From: Piedraia hortae CBS 480.64
Taxonomy: Eukaryota
DNA length: 64,000 bases
Direction of reading: 5' to 3'
NCBI GenBank assembly: GCA_010093745.1
Contig: MU006025.1
Location: 1 to 64,000 of the forward strand
Positions 48,851 to 60,690 of the stretch are shown here, piece after piece. Below the pieces are notes generated by a model, which was given only the letters and a program-made list of their open reading frames with translations, was not told where the DNA came from and ran no database searches. Position 1 is the first letter of the stretch. The number at the start of each line of letters is the position of its first letter. Position numbers and translations under genes: made by a program.

Positions 48851-50041
48851 ATGCAGTTCTCACTCACTTCGATGATTCTCGTGGCTGCCGCCGCTGGCAG
48901 TGCGTCTGCTGCACCCAATCTGCGTTTCTACTCTCCGCAGAACCACGGATACGGCCAGCCTCAAGGCTACAACCAGCCCAACGGGTACGGCGGGAACAAG
49001 CAATCCTCCACCTCCGTCGCCGTCGCCGCAGCCTCAACCTCGGCGGCCGCCCAATCCACGGCAACGACCTGCTCCAAGCAAACCGACTGGATCACCACCA
49101 CGGGCACCAAGATGTACACCACCAGCGACGTAACAACCGTCTACGTCCCCAGCACGACCACATCCGGCAAAGCCGAGGTCTACACCTCCTACGTCCCCAA
49201 GGTCTACTCCGTCACTAAGGAGAGCCCTCTTGTCCAGACCCTGCCAGTCACCTACACGACTCAGACGTGCAAACCATTCACCTCAACCCAGACCAACGTC
49301 AAGACGACCACAATCTACAATACCTACACCACCGTCTTGACCAAGTCTTCGGTCTCGACCATCTCTACCGAGAGTGTGTCTACCGGCTGCTCCCCAAGCC
49401 AGTCAACGGGTGTACGTTATGATACGGTTACCAAGACAACCAACACGGTGGAGGTTGCTACGATGAACGAGCCAAAGGTCGATACCAAGACGGTGTATGT
49501 TACCCAGACGGTTAGTGTGCCCAAGCCTTCGACCAAGACGGCGGTTGTGACGTCCGCGTATACCTCGTCGTATGCCACAGAGAAGAATGTCTGCACGACG
49601 GTCGTGTCGGGTGGTAGTGGCAGTGGCTCCTCTGGATCGGGCAGCAGTGGTTCGGGCTCGTCTGGCTCTGGCTCGTCTGGCTCCGGTTCCTCTGGCTCGG
49701 GCAGCTCCGGCAGCGGCAGCTCTGGATCTGGCTCCTCGGGCTCGGGCTCGGGCTCGGGCTCAAGCGGATCTGGAAGCAGCGGATCTGGCTCATCTGGATC
49801 TGGCAGCTCTGGCAGTGGCTCCTCCGGCTCGGGAAGCTCTGGCTCCGGTTCGTCTGGCTCCTCTGGCAGCGGTTCCTCGGGCTCTGGCTCTGGGTCCGGC
49901 TCCGGCGGCTACTCCAGCAACGGCAACAATGCCTCTGGCAGCAACTCTGGCAGCTCCAGCAACGGCAACAGCGCCTCCGGCAACTCTGGCTCCGGCAGCG
50001 GAAACACAGGCTACGGCCAGCCTCACGGCTACGGTGCTTAA
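48851..50041 (+). CDS. Secreted Thr-rich and Gly-Ser repeat protein (cell-wall, adhesin or matrix-like)
   Basis: Signal peptide MQFSLTSMILVAAAAGSASA, Thr/Val-rich core and (GSGSS)n tail; 396-aa ORF. Confidence 0.88.
   Translation: MQFSLTSMILVAAAAGSASAAPNLRFYSPQNHGYGQPQGYNQPNGYGGNKQSSTSVAVAAASTSAAAQSTATTCSKQTDWITTTGTKMYTTSDVTTVYVPSTTTSGKAEVYTSYVPKVYSVTKESPLVQTLPVTYTTQTCKPFTSTQTNVKTTTIYNTYTTVLTKSSVSTISTESVSTGCSPSQSTGVRYDTVTKTTNTVEVATMNEPKVDTKTVYVTQTVSVPKPSTKTAVVTSAYTSSYATEKNVCTTVVSGGSGSGSSGSGSSGSGSSGSGSSGSGSSGSGSSGSGSSGSGSSGSGSGSGSSGSGSSGSGSSGSGSSGSGSSGSGSSGSGSSGSSGSGSSGSGSGSGSGGYSSNGNNASGSNSGSSSNGNSASGNSGSGSGNTGYGQPHGYGA
49612..49909 (+). repeat. Degenerate 15-bp coding tandem repeat encoding GSGSS
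   Basis: Seen in the translation; codons vary between units. Confidence 0.9.
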
Positions 50042-51575
50042 ATCATCGCAAGAATAGAAAAACTACTCATGGAAGGATAAGAACACAGAATGGATATGAT
50101 TCAGACTTTCGTTATCAGTTTTGTTGTTGCGGAGGGGGGGGAGGGGGGGTTGTTTTTTCTTTGCGTGGGTTTTTAAGATTAAGATAGTTACCATTGATGG
50201 GACTGACTGTTTATATCAGTTGTGGATTTGCTTGTAAGCTTCAATCTAAGTAAGATTGCGATGAAGATGTTTTCACCCTGTTTGGGTTCGTTAGTTTGGC
50301 AGGAAGACTGATCGAGTTGCACCGAAACCTCTAATTGGATGCAGATAAGGAGAAGAGGGGAGGATGGCTTTGCATCTTACTCCCAGACAAAGGGTTTGTT
50401 GACTGCAAGGATTGATAGAGACATATTTCCGTTAGTCTTACTCGCATCGCTACGGTGGATAATCCTCTGTGAGATGCAGGGTTTTGTGCATTCATGGCTG
50501 TAGGTTGACTGTACATATATGTATGAGGCTTGATCAAGATTTATTCTACCATTTTTCATGAACACTGATAGGGAACGATGGAGGAATGACCTCCCTTTCG
50601 GGCCGAGGGTGCATTTCTTGGGATCAATCAGAATTTGATCATGCGAAGGAGTCTGCTGGACTTTTGGATTGTTATGAGTTCAATTGAGCAGGATCAAGGC
50701 CTGGCTGAAATTGAAGAGTGGACGTGCTTAGGGATGAGAGGCAGGGAGTTTAGATCAGAAGTAGACAATGGATATATGGTATGAAGAGAGCTCGGGTTTA
50801 GGCTGAGAAGTTCTAAGATGGATGGTACTTTGATTACGTATACAGTTTTATTAGAGTAGTGGTATCATCATTTCTAGGAGCATTGCGACGGGACACCGAC
50901 TATATTCGATCAATGACGAAAATCACCCATTTAACAGGACAAACTGCCTTTCAAGGCTAAGAAGACTTCCAGTTGTACAATATCCGCTGAGAGTGCTACG
51001 AACATATAATCTCGTTGGTACTTTGCAATGCGGATGACAAGACTATGGACAGATGATTGTGAAGTAAACTGAATCTAAAGCTCAGTTGTCGGAAACAGGA
51101 ACTTGGCTTTGGCGGGTAGGAGAGTCTTGAAGGGGGTTTGCGACGAATGGTACGCCAGGAGGGTTCTAGGTGGCTAGATAATTATCCACCAGGGCAGTCA
51201 CAGCGAGGTGATATCGTTGGGACTGGCAAGTCCTTTGAGATAAACACTTGGCTATGAACACCCTCCCTAGATTTATGCCTGTTCATCGTAGTACTAGCGG
51301 CCTCTGTGCGGCAAATAAGCGGATCAGGGATGAAAAATCTTTCAAGAGAGCTTCTTCGCATTGGCAAAGCTGAACCAGTGAATACGCATGGAGCTCATTT
51401 TATAACCCGAGGAGCTTAAAGAACTTAGCTTTCAGTTCACACCGCTTTTGACGCAACAGAAGGTTTTCCTTATGCCTAGTGGTTTCATCAGTTTTCGTAC
51501 ATCAACGAGTCTCTGAACTTGATCACAAGAACCATTGATTAAGACCCCGAGCACCAGAACACGCCATATACTCCA

Positions 51576-53102
51576 TCAGATCACCTCCATCGCCTCTTTC
51601 AACAATCCTCCCAACTCATTCAACCCCCCTCCTTCCTCTGCAGTAACAATCCTCTTCGGAATAACCCCCTCAACCGCAACCTCCCTCCTCACCTCCCTAG
51701 CTAACTCCCCCTCAACCAAACTCTGATACCCAACCCCCCCAAAATCCCCCACCCTAAACTCCTGTTTCGTAAACTGCTGTCCCAACACACTCACAAGCGT
51801 CGCAACATTCGGATGCCAATGCGCTCTTAACGCCCACAACTCCCAAAGCGAAGACTCAATCGCCCTAGTCTTCATCACATCTCGCTCCTCCGGCAGAAAA
51901 GGATCCTCCCTGAACCCCTCCCCCTGCCAGATCAAATGCGCAGCATGCCGCGCCCGATGCAGCAGAAACCCCAGCCTCGGATGCTTTTTAATCAAATTAT
52001 ACACGAACGGCACGATCCACACCGCCGCCCCCGGCGGCGCCATGAGCGCAAGTCTCCCCAACCTCTTCGCAAAACTCGCCACGATCCCCACCGGGAGGTG
52101 TGTCGACATCATGACTTTCTCCAGAAACGTCAAAAACTGGCCGCGATGTTTAGAATGCAGGACTCCCTCGTCGAGGAGGGAGTACAGATGGGTGTATAAG
52201 TCGGGATAGTCGAGGTTGTGGGTTGTTATGAGTGTATAGATACTCTGCAGCGCGAGGAGGGCAGCGGACCCTCCCGTGGAGAAGGTTGTGGTGAGGAAGT
52301 CGGAGAGAAGTTCCGGTCGGGAAGAGAACCACGGGAGGAGGTGGGTGGGTGTGGATTTTAGGATTGACTTGTGGGTTTGAACAGGGGGGTTGGAGCGGAA
52401 GATGGATAACCAGGCTGCTTGCGCGATTTTGGTGAGGTTTTTGGGGTGGTGGGTTTTGTTGTTTGGATTGGGGGTACTGCCGAACCATGTTGGTGGACGG
52501 GATGGGTTGGAGGGTGATGGGGTTGAGGTAAGGAGTTCGATTGCGTGGGTTGGGGGTATTTTGGGGAGGGCGGGGATTGCGAGGAAGGTGTAGAATTGTA
52601 CGTCGGTGTACTTGTCCACGTATTTTTCGGCGAAGTCGATGCGTGCGTTGCTGGCGCTGGGTGTTGTGAGGAGGGCGGAAAGGAGGGCGTGGAAGGTTTT
52701 GGTGCGCCAGGCGTGGTCTGATCGTTTGCCGGGTTGCGATGTCTCGGCGCAGACGATGCGCATGAGGAGTGTTACGGCTGCGGTTTGGTCTGGACCGGAG
52801 AGCCATTGGCTGAGGGTTTTGACGTAGGTTTGGAGTTGTGTATTGAGCCATTTGAATTCTTCGTCATCGGGTGATCTTTTGATTAAGCGATCGTTGGAGA
52901 TCAACCGGCAGAATACTCGACATAGGGATATAGCTGCCAGAGTAGAGGGGAGGAGTTTTTGCAGCTCTTCAATGTCCTTGAGATGGTCGCCGGATTGGAG
53001 AATTCGCTCTTCTAGGAGGAGAATTCTCGACTCATCATCGCGCGCAATCTTTTTATTTGCCTTTTCCTCGCCGCCCACGCGCTTCCTCTTCTCGACGGCC
53101 AT
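51576..53102 (-). CDS. NOC4: Nucleolar complex protein 4 (CBF/Mak21 domain, 40S biogenesis)
   Basis: Start MAVEKRKR; LSDFLT..GG..ALLAL..HNLDYP..Y..LY.LLD..HSKHR..STHLP..VASFAKRL..PPGA..DPF..T.AIESSLWEL..HWHPNVATL. Confidence 0.93.
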   Translation of the reverse strand: MAVEKRKRVGGEEKANKKIARDDESRILLLEERILQSGDHLKDIEELQKLLPSTLAAISLCRVFCRLISNDRLIKRSPDDEEFKWLNTQLQTYVKTLSQWLSGPDQTAAVTLLMRIVCAETSQPGKRSDHAWRTKTFHALLSALLTTPSASNARIDFAEKYVDKYTDVQFYTFLAIPALPKIPPTHAIELLTSTPSPSNPSRPPTWFGSTPNPNNKTHHPKNLTKIAQAAWLSIFRSNPPVQTHKSILKSTPTHLLPWFSSRPELLSDFLTTTFSTGGSAALLALQSIYTLITTHNLDYPDLYTHLYSLLDEGVLHSKHRGQFLTFLEKVMMSTHLPVGIVASFAKRLGRLALMAPPGAAVWIVPFVYNLIKKHPRLGFLLHRARHAAHLIWQGEGFREDPFLPEERDVMKTRAIESSLWELWALRAHWHPNVATLVSVLGQQFTKQEFRVGDFGGVGYQSLVEGELAREVRREVAVEGVIPKRIVTAEEGGGLNELGGLLKEAMEVI

Positions 53103-53227
53103 GTTTAGTTTTATTCTGCTGTGAGATTTGCTGATTGTGGGTGGTGGGTTGTGGACTCGGGCCGGGCCGGGCCGCAGCGACTCCCGACCCGACGGCGTGA
53201 GAATCAGCACAAACACCTCCTGATCCA
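53103..53227. promoter_or_regulatory. Probable bidirectional promoter between NOC4 and ATP4
   Basis: Only 125 bp between the divergent ATGs; GC-rich GGGCCGGGCCGGGCC element. Confidence 0.6.
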
Positions 53228-54108
53228 ATGGCTTCGCGCTTTGCAAAGACGGCTCTGGGTGGGTAGACTGCTTAGACCTGTGTAATGTTGCTGACATTCC
53301 AGGCGCCACTCGAGTGCGGCCGACGGCGCTGCCGCTGCGCTCCTTTGCGCCCACGACGTTTGCGACCACAGCGGCGCCCAAGGCCGAAACCCCCAAGGCG
53401 CCGCAGGTCCCGCAGAAAGACCCGAAGTCGACGGCTGAGTCGTTCCTCGATGCTCTGCCGGGCAACAGTCGTTCCAGCAAGGCGGCGATCCTGTCGGCCG
53501 GAACAGGTCTCAGCGCCGTGGCCATCAGCAACGAGCTCTTCGTCGTCAACGAGGAGGCAATCGTCATGGTGTCGTTGCTGACCATCTACTGGGCCCTTTA
53601 CAACTATCTCGGGCCAATGTACCGGAGCTGGGCCGACGGCATGGCCGACAAGTACAAGAACATCCTCAACGCCGCGCGCGAGCATCACACCAATGCCGTC
53701 AAGGCGCGCATTGGCACTGTCAAGGACCTGAGCGGCGTTATTGACATTACCAAGGACCTTTTCGCCGTTTCCAAGGTAACTGAAGCACTATGATCGTCGA
53801 ATTTGTATGCTAACTGCCTAGGAAACCGCCCAGCTCGAGGCCCAGGCCTACGAGATGGAGCAAAAGACAGCGCTGGTCAGCGAGGCCAAAAACGTGCTGG
53901 ACAGCTGGGTGCGATATGAAGCCCAGGTCAAGCAGAAGCAGCAAGCGGAGCTGGCGCAGACGGTCATTGCCCGCGTGGAAAAGGAGCTCAAGGACCCCAA
54001 AGTGCTTGAACAGATCCTCAAGCAGAGCGTGGCCGACGTGGAGCGTAAGTTGATCCATATACCCTGAGTGAAGCGACTAACAGTACAGGCATCGTCGCCA
54101 AGAAGTAG
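53228..54108 (+). CDS. ATP4: Mitochondrial ATP synthase F0 subunit b (three introns)
   Basis: Presequence MASRFAKTALG|ATRVRP; LDALPGNS..AISNELFVVNEE; DITKDLFAVSK|ETAQLEA; VLDSWVRYEAQVK..ILKQSVADVE. Confidence 0.95.
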
Positions 54109-54246
54109 ATGTGTAAATACTGTTTCAGACATTCACCGTAGTTTCTCCTATAGTGAAGCGCCAGTGGCGTGGTCACCGTCGTCTTGTTTTCTACCAGAAT
54201 CGCTGAAGCCGCTCCTAATCTTTTTCTTTTTTTTTTTTTTCCTACA

Positions 54247-56724
54247 ATGTCTCTTTCCCTGGCTCATATGAATGATGACAACGTATCATCCGAAGAAGAC
54301 AGCCCTGTAGTGTCGCCTGATAGCGAAAACACTGGCCAGGAGGAGACGGCCGTGGCCGATGACTCCCAGGACGAAGAGGGCGACGCGGTCAAGGGCTTCC
54401 TGCCGCGTGACAAGCAGAAGAAAACGGCGCACTTCAACTACCATCTGGAGAAGCAACTCTCTCATGTTGAGGCGCGTCAGTTTTATCAGGCCTCACGCCA
54501 GACTACGGGGGACGAATCCGTGATTGATGAGCTTCCGTCGCACGATGCCCACGGCAACAACAAGGCGGAATACACGGCCGGATCCAACGTCCAAGCAGGT
54601 GTGTTGATGCCAGCAACGTACGACGCAGTCGGCACCGACGCTAACACTTACCAAGCAGAGAAATCGGCGGTGCGGCCGGCTATTGAAGCTGCTCTGCCGA
54701 CGGGCCCAGACGGAAGCGTCACGATAGAGCTGCAGGCCATCTACAACAAGATCCAAAAGATTCTTGATCTGCGGCATAAGTATATCCGTCTCAGTCTCCA
54801 GGGCGTAGCGGATAATCCGCGCGACGAGCCCGGGTGGAACATTTACCCGCCTCTGCCTGACCAAGACGCACCCAAGCGTAAGCTGGGCGAGGAGATTGGA
54901 GAAGATTTTGTCCTACAGGATTGCTTCCCACTGCCACCTGAGTCGGAGATGACCTATTCTCTGGATGACAACGGAGTATATCAGGTGTATGAGAACTCCG
55001 TGTCCAGCTCGCCCATCCAGGCCATTCCAACTCTGCGAGAGTTCTACATGGACTTGAATGCCATTCTGGATATCAGCAGCGATGGGCCGAGCAAGTCGTT
55101 TGCGTTTCGTCGTCTGCAGTATCTTGAAGGCAAGTATAATGTTTACTCTCTGCTGAACGAGTACCAGGAGATTGCAGACACCAAAGCAGTGCCTCATAGA
55201 GACTTTTACAATGTCCGCAAAGTGGACACTCATGTTCATCACTCTGCCTGCATGAACCAGAAGCACTTACTGCGGTTCATCAAAAGCAAAATGAAGAAGA
55301 ACCCCGACGAAGTCGTCCTCTTCCGCGACGGGAAACATCTCACCCTAAAAGAAGTCTTCGAATCAATCAAACTAACCGCCTACGACCTCAGCATCGACAC
55401 CCTGGACATGCATGCCCACACGGACAGCTTCCACCGCTTCGACAAATTCAACCTCAAATACAATCCGGTAGGGGAGAGCCGTCTGCGCACCATCTTCCTC
55501 AAAACCGACAACTTCATCCACGGGCGGTACCTCGCCGAAATCACAAAAGAAGTAATCAGCGACCTCGAAAGCGGGAAATACCAAATGGTCGAATGGCGGA
55601 TCAGCATCTACGGGCGGGACAAACATGAATGGGACAAATTGGCAGCCTGGGTTGTCGACAACAAACTCTTCTCCCCCAACGTCCGTTGGCTAATCCAAGT
55701 ACCCCGTCTCTACGACGTCTACAAAGGCAGCAACAGCATGTCTACCTTTGAAGAAGTCATCCGCAACGTCTTTGAGCCCTTGTTCTCCGCGACCAAAACC
55801 CCCTCCTCCCACCCAAAACTCCACATCTTCCTCCAACGCGTCATCGGCTTCGACAGCGTGGACGACGAATCCAAACCCGAGAGGAGGATCTACAGGAAAT
55901 TCCCCCTCCCAAGGGACTGGAACACCCTCCAAAACCCACCATACAGCTACTGGATCTACTACCTCTTCTCCAACATCGCCAGCCTCAACGCATGGCGCAA
56001 AGCACGGGGTTTCAATACCTTTGTCCTCCGCCCTCACTGCGGCGAAGCAGGCGATCCCGAACATCTCGCAGCGGCGGTGTTATGCTGTCATAGCATTTCC
56101 CACGGTTTGCTCCTCCGAAAGGTGCCCCTGTTACAATACATCTTCTACCTCGAACAAATCGGCGTAGCAATGTCTCCTTTATCAAACAACGCGTTATTCC
56201 TCTCTTACGAACGGAATCCGTTTCTGCAATACTTCCGCCGCGGACTAAACGTATCCCTCAGCACCGACGACCCACTGCAGTTCGCGTTCACCAAAGAGCC
56301 GCTGATAGAAGAATACGCCGTCGCAGCGCAGATATACAAACTCTCCGCAGTGGATATGTGCGAGTTGGCGAAGAATAGCGTTTTACAGAGTGGGTTTGAG
56401 CACGCGTGTAAGAAACGGTGGTTGGGGGAGGAGTATTTTTTGCAAGGGAAGAGGGGGAATGATGTCGCGAAAACGAATGTGCCGGATTTGAGGGAGGGCT
56501 ATAGAGATGAGACGCTTAAAGCGGAGAGGGAGATGGTGGGAAGGTTTCGGAGTCAGGAAAGTGAGAAGAGGGAGGCTCCGCGGCAACAGCCCCCCGCTGC
56601 CGACGATGGGACAGATGCACCTAAGATTTTCCCCGGAATTATGGCGAGGAATAGACGACTCTCGTCGATGACGGGGCATAATGATGGGGTGAGAGGGGGA
56701 CATTGGACTATTACTGAAGAGTAG
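54247..56724 (+). CDS. AMD1: AMP deaminase (start at 54247 or 54268)
   Basis: HRDFYNVRKVDTHVHHSACMNQKHLLRFIK, FDSVDDESK, LRPHCGEAG and SLSTDDPLQF motifs. Confidence 0.97.
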   Translation: MSLSLAHMNDDNVSSEEDSPVVSPDSENTGQEETAVADDSQDEEGDAVKGFLPRDKQKKTAHFNYHLEKQLSHVEARQFYQASRQTTGDESVIDELPSHDAHGNNKAEYTAGSNVQAGVLMPATYDAVGTDANTYQAEKSAVRPAIEAALPTGPDGSVTIELQAIYNKIQKILDLRHKYIRLSLQGVADNPRDEPGWNIYPPLPDQDAPKRKLGEEIGEDFVLQDCFPLPPESEMTYSLDDNGVYQVYENSVSSSPIQAIPTLREFYMDLNAILDISSDGPSKSFAFRRLQYLEGKYNVYSLLNEYQEIADTKAVPHRDFYNVRKVDTHVHHSACMNQKHLLRFIKSKMKKNPDEVVLFRDGKHLTLKEVFESIKLTAYDLSIDTLDMHAHTDSFHRFDKFNLKYNPVGESRLRTIFLKTDNFIHGRYLAEITKEVISDLESGKYQMVEWRISIYGRDKHEWDKLAAWVVDNKLFSPNVRWLIQVPRLYDVYKGSNSMSTFEEVIRNVFEPLFSATKTPSSHPKLHIFLQRVIGFDSVDDESKPERRIYRKFPLPRDWNTLQNPPYSYWIYYLFSNIASLNAWRKARGFNTFVLRPHCGEAGDPEHLAAAVLCCHSISHGLLLRKVPLLQYIFYLEQIGVAMSPLSNNALFLSYERNPFLQYFRRGLNVSLSTDDPLQFAFTKEPLIEEYAVAAQIYKLSAVDMCELAKNSVLQSGFEHACKKRWLGEEYFLQGKRGNDVAKTNVPDLREGYRDETLKAEREMVGRFRSQESEKREAPRQQPPAADDGTDAPKIFPGIMARNRRLSSMTGHNDGVRGGHWTITEE

Positions 56725-56786
56725 ATTTAGGTAGGGGACGCTTCGAGGGCAAGGGGGTTTAGGTACATGGTAGAGACGCTTCGCGG

Positions 56787-57181
56787 CTAAGAGACTTTGT
56801 TGAGCCATCGCTCCAGGTCGAAGGACGGGTTGCTGAAATCTGTGGTACCTGGTACTGTTAGTTATGAGCGCAGCAAGGGGGAGGAAGGGGTGAAGGGGTG
56901 AGGGAGACAGCGCGAGCGAAGCATCCCTACCCCTTCCAACACTCCCCCCCCCCTCCCTCTTCTTCCCCCCTTTATGGCTAAAACATACCATCATCCTCAT
57001 CCCGACTATGCAGCTTCCTAAACTCATTTCGTGCTTGGTCAATCAGCTGCTGCTTGCGGTCGTAGTCGTGTTTCGCGGCTGCGGCTTTATCGCGCGCGGT
57101 GATGGTAGTTTGATGGGAGAAGCCATAGAACACGCCGAGAGCCATGGCGGCCCAGCGCGAGATGTTGACTGCTGTTGACAT
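56787..57181 (-). CDS. TIM11: Mitochondrial ATP synthase subunit e; intron 56849-56988
   Basis: MSTAVNISRWAAMALGVFYGFSHQ..YDRKQQLIDQARNEF..DDG|TTDFSNPSFDLERWLNKVS*. Confidence 0.9.
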
Positions 57182-58329
57182 CTTTGGGGTGACTTGAAAG
57201 AAGGAGGAGAAGGGATGCTTCGCGCGTTGAGAAGGTGCGGATGGGGGGGTGGGCGGAATTGATTCCGCGATGATACGGAAGACAGAGGAGATAAATTGGT
57301 TGCGGGATGAGAAGGTGAAAGCTATGAACATGATTGCTCTGTCGATGGCTGACGGGTGAACGGCGATTCGATAATCCATGGAGACAATGACACCGTCGTC
57401 TCCACCGGTGACGCGAATAAGCACCTCGACTATGGCTGCAGAGCTCATTGGCGGTGGTAACCGCCAGGCTAATCTCTATACTTTTTCATGAACCTAGGTA
57501 GAAAACGAATCGGCTACCCCATCATCCTTGGATTTTGGGGGATCACGTTTTGAGAAAACAAAGAGGGAAGGCGGATTTGTTTTACCTACAAGAGTAGAAC
57601 CTGTGTGTAGAAGGGAAGATTCTGAAAATGGAAAAGGGCAACTGAGCTAGCTCGAATACTCAAGTTGTGTTAAGTGTTTGTTTGCCTGTCTTTGAGACTT
57701 GGATGGGACACAGAAACAGGCTGTGGATAGCTAGATGCTAGGCAGAGAGAGTGTAGGTGGATGGTACACCTTTTGCTCAGATTCGAAGCTGGTCGACACT
57801 GGACATTGCAGATCTACCTCTTCGACGGACTGTCAGCCATTTCATGCAGACTCTACACCTGTAGGCTGAGAATTATTGAGATAGCAGGCACTAGCCTTGT
57901 GCCATTGGGCTGCGATGTTGAGGTTTGACTGCATATTCTTCCCACAAGCTTGTAGAAGAAATACGTATCTTGGTGTTCTTACCAGTGGTATAGATTGGTT
58001 GTGTTGATTTCAGGACCCAGTGCCGAGATCTCGGGTGATGAGGACGGTGTAATATCAAAGCACTCGCGGGAAGAGAGCGGGAAGAGAGCGGGCATCGAGG
58101 CGAGAACAGTGCATTTTGCTTGAAGGGCTTGGCTGCAAGCACATCTCATTCACTTACTCATGCACCGTCCATGAACCTTGATGCATTTTTCTCGGAAAGC
58201 CGTTCTGGGTATCATCTCTTTCATGCTGATGTGTCTCGCCCTCTGGACGACCACGTTGCCCCGTTCTCTCTCACCTTGCCCATACAGCCATGTTGATATC
58301 CGTGATACACTTCATCTATGTATGACTCG

Positions 58330-59700
58330 AGAGGGACGCTGCCTACAGCTACACTAGAAATCCATCCACCCATAGATTAGTGCACCCACTATTTTTGGTA
58401 CCAGTCCTTTAACCGCGCGGTTGAGAGATAAGCTAGAGGCTATTCAAGCCCATCACAAAAATGGCATAAACTCCAGGGGATACCAAAATTGATCCTCTTC
58501 TACACAGCCTATGTAATCACATCTCCGTCATCCCTGCGTGTCAGTCTACACAATGCCCAGCAACCTCAGTCACAACCTCAATGATTCAGTTTCCGCACAA
58601 CATCCCTTTTTTTGAATAACTCTACATGTTCTACATACTCCTTGACGCGTTTAGTTGCGGGATTTCGAATGTATATACCCAAAAGCCAACCGATTCCACT
58701 CTATGGAGCCGTTGATCGACGGTAAATACTCTGCACCTCCCTGTTCAGACGCCCACAGACTTATGTCGGATACTCCAGGCTGTCGTACTGCCCAATGCCA
58801 CTAGATAACAAATACACCACCGCAGAGATTATTCTGTCGGACATTCTTGAGTATATTGATAATTTTGCCCATTTAGTGCTGATCGCCCCTGGTCTTGTCC
58901 TACCTGACGCTCTCAGTCCTATCCCCGATGGACGCAATTTCAGGGAAAGAGATGAAGGCTCACCGATTTGCGGACCCTTCTGGACGTGTGCTGCAGTCTT
59001 CGTGGTGGGAAAACCTCGGACGAGATTCGACCGTATGCCTTGTAGTTGGTGGACAGTGCAGGACTCAAACTTAACAACCTGGGTGATAAACGGCCAGACG
59101 ACCCTGAACTGTTCGGTCAGCATGGTGCTCCTGATTACCTGAGCAGGCCAGGCGCCATCCTTGGTTCATCAACCAATTGTTGGCAGCAGTCCTTCGCGCA
59201 GGACAACTTGCTGTAGTGTCGTCTTAGAGTCCAGCAAGCTCGTCGTGCATGCTGAGTGAAGACTGGCAGCTTCAGGGAGGTGATCGTCCAGCCGATCTGT
59301 TACTCACCTTCTTAGGTCCTCGCTAGTGCACTTGAGCCCGAGGTAGTTGATGATTGGGTGCTTCGCAGAAGAGATGTTTGGAGAGGGTCTTACTGTGCGT
59401 TTTTCCACCTCGAAGCTGTCGTGCGGTGGAATCAAGGCATTTGCTGGTCTGTTAGACGGAAGTTGAAGTATAGCGTGAGTAGTTACATTGTAGGTTGGTC
59501 TTATGGCCCTTGCAGATCAGTATTCTTCCATGGATCCAGTGGTGCGTACTGCTCTCGCAGTTGGCAGTACCAATCATCGTAGTTTTCGGGTCCTGTCATG
59601 ACGATATCGGTTGCGGCTTGATCAGGATCTTGTTTCTCAACATGGTGGAAAGACTGATAGCAGGCCTCGATGGCAGTTGTGTTGATGAAAGACATAATAA
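58330..59700 (-). mobile_element. Highly decayed Copia-like remnant
   Basis: Gag-like IVMTGPENYDDWY..W (compare LKGPENWEKW at 41.1 kb); integrase-tail-like VGFWGIYIRNPATKRV; possible RT motif LWVDGFLV. Confidence 0.5.
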
Positions 59701-60690
59701 TCAGTTACGTGCTCGAGCTTAAGTTACCTGATAGGGAGTATTGTTGCAGCGAATGGCAATGATGCGGACTGATTCATTCGTTGATTTGCAGTGGTCTGCA
59801 ACTTGTCGCTTCCAAGCTGGGAAATGTTTGATATTGATGTGGTTGCTTCTCAACATCGGTTGGGCTGAACCCCCTGAATGTCAACTAGCGATGAGCACAT
59901 AATTAAAGATTAGTCCCCTTGGCAATTGGTCTAGCCATGGCTCATCAGGGTGAGCTTGGAGATAATTGCTTATCTTGTCTAGACCCAACTCTTCACACCT
60001 TTACCCTCTGACCTATTACCCACCAATAGAAATCTAGATCAACCACTATCGCCCACCACCATGAGCTAAGGTCAGCTCAGTATGTATACAAGTCGAAGTC
60101 GTGAGTCATGCAGAACTTACTGCATCTGGCGGAACGTAGACAATGATTCCATAAGGACAGCAGATGGTCAGAAGAATGGATGGTCAGTGGGATCTGTCCC
60201 TCTATCACTCGTAACATCTAGCGGTAGGAGTGTAATTCTTACAGTGCGTCTTCCGTACAACCTAACCCCTGAAATGAGATGCAATCATCTCGCGTTGCCA
60301 ATTTTCTCCGTCGCTACCACAGATCATCGGTCTTCGCTTCTGACCTAATCCTTTTCGTGTTGGTAATCTTATCAAAGGTTTCCTGCGCTTACTCTTTGGG
60401 AAACAAGGTATAACAAGCATTGCGGTAGATATGGACGGCACAGAGGTACCTCCCCTTCTTCTTAGAGGTAGTCCTAAAGGCCTGAACTGTGATCGATTGC
60501 TGCCCAGGCCTAATGATGTTGCTTTCGATCGGTTTCGGCAAGGTTTTATTCAGGTTGTTGGATATATTAGGTTGCACCTTAGCCGGACTCTGAGCGTCTC
60601 CATCTCTTGATTGAGAGTCAGTACATCTGCTATAGGGAACTGTCGATGCTTTTTTGCTCTTACCACACTCTGGATGCCAATTAGGGCTTC

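Noticed and set aside
53103..53585. 5' extension of the 669-aa NOC4 ORF
   Set aside because: It is antisense to ATP4 exons; the plausible NOC4 start is MAVEKRKR at 53102
57182..57448. N-terminal extension of the subunit e ORF (156 aa)
   Set aside because: Similarity to subunit e begins at MSTAVN (57181); the upstream frame is probably open by chance
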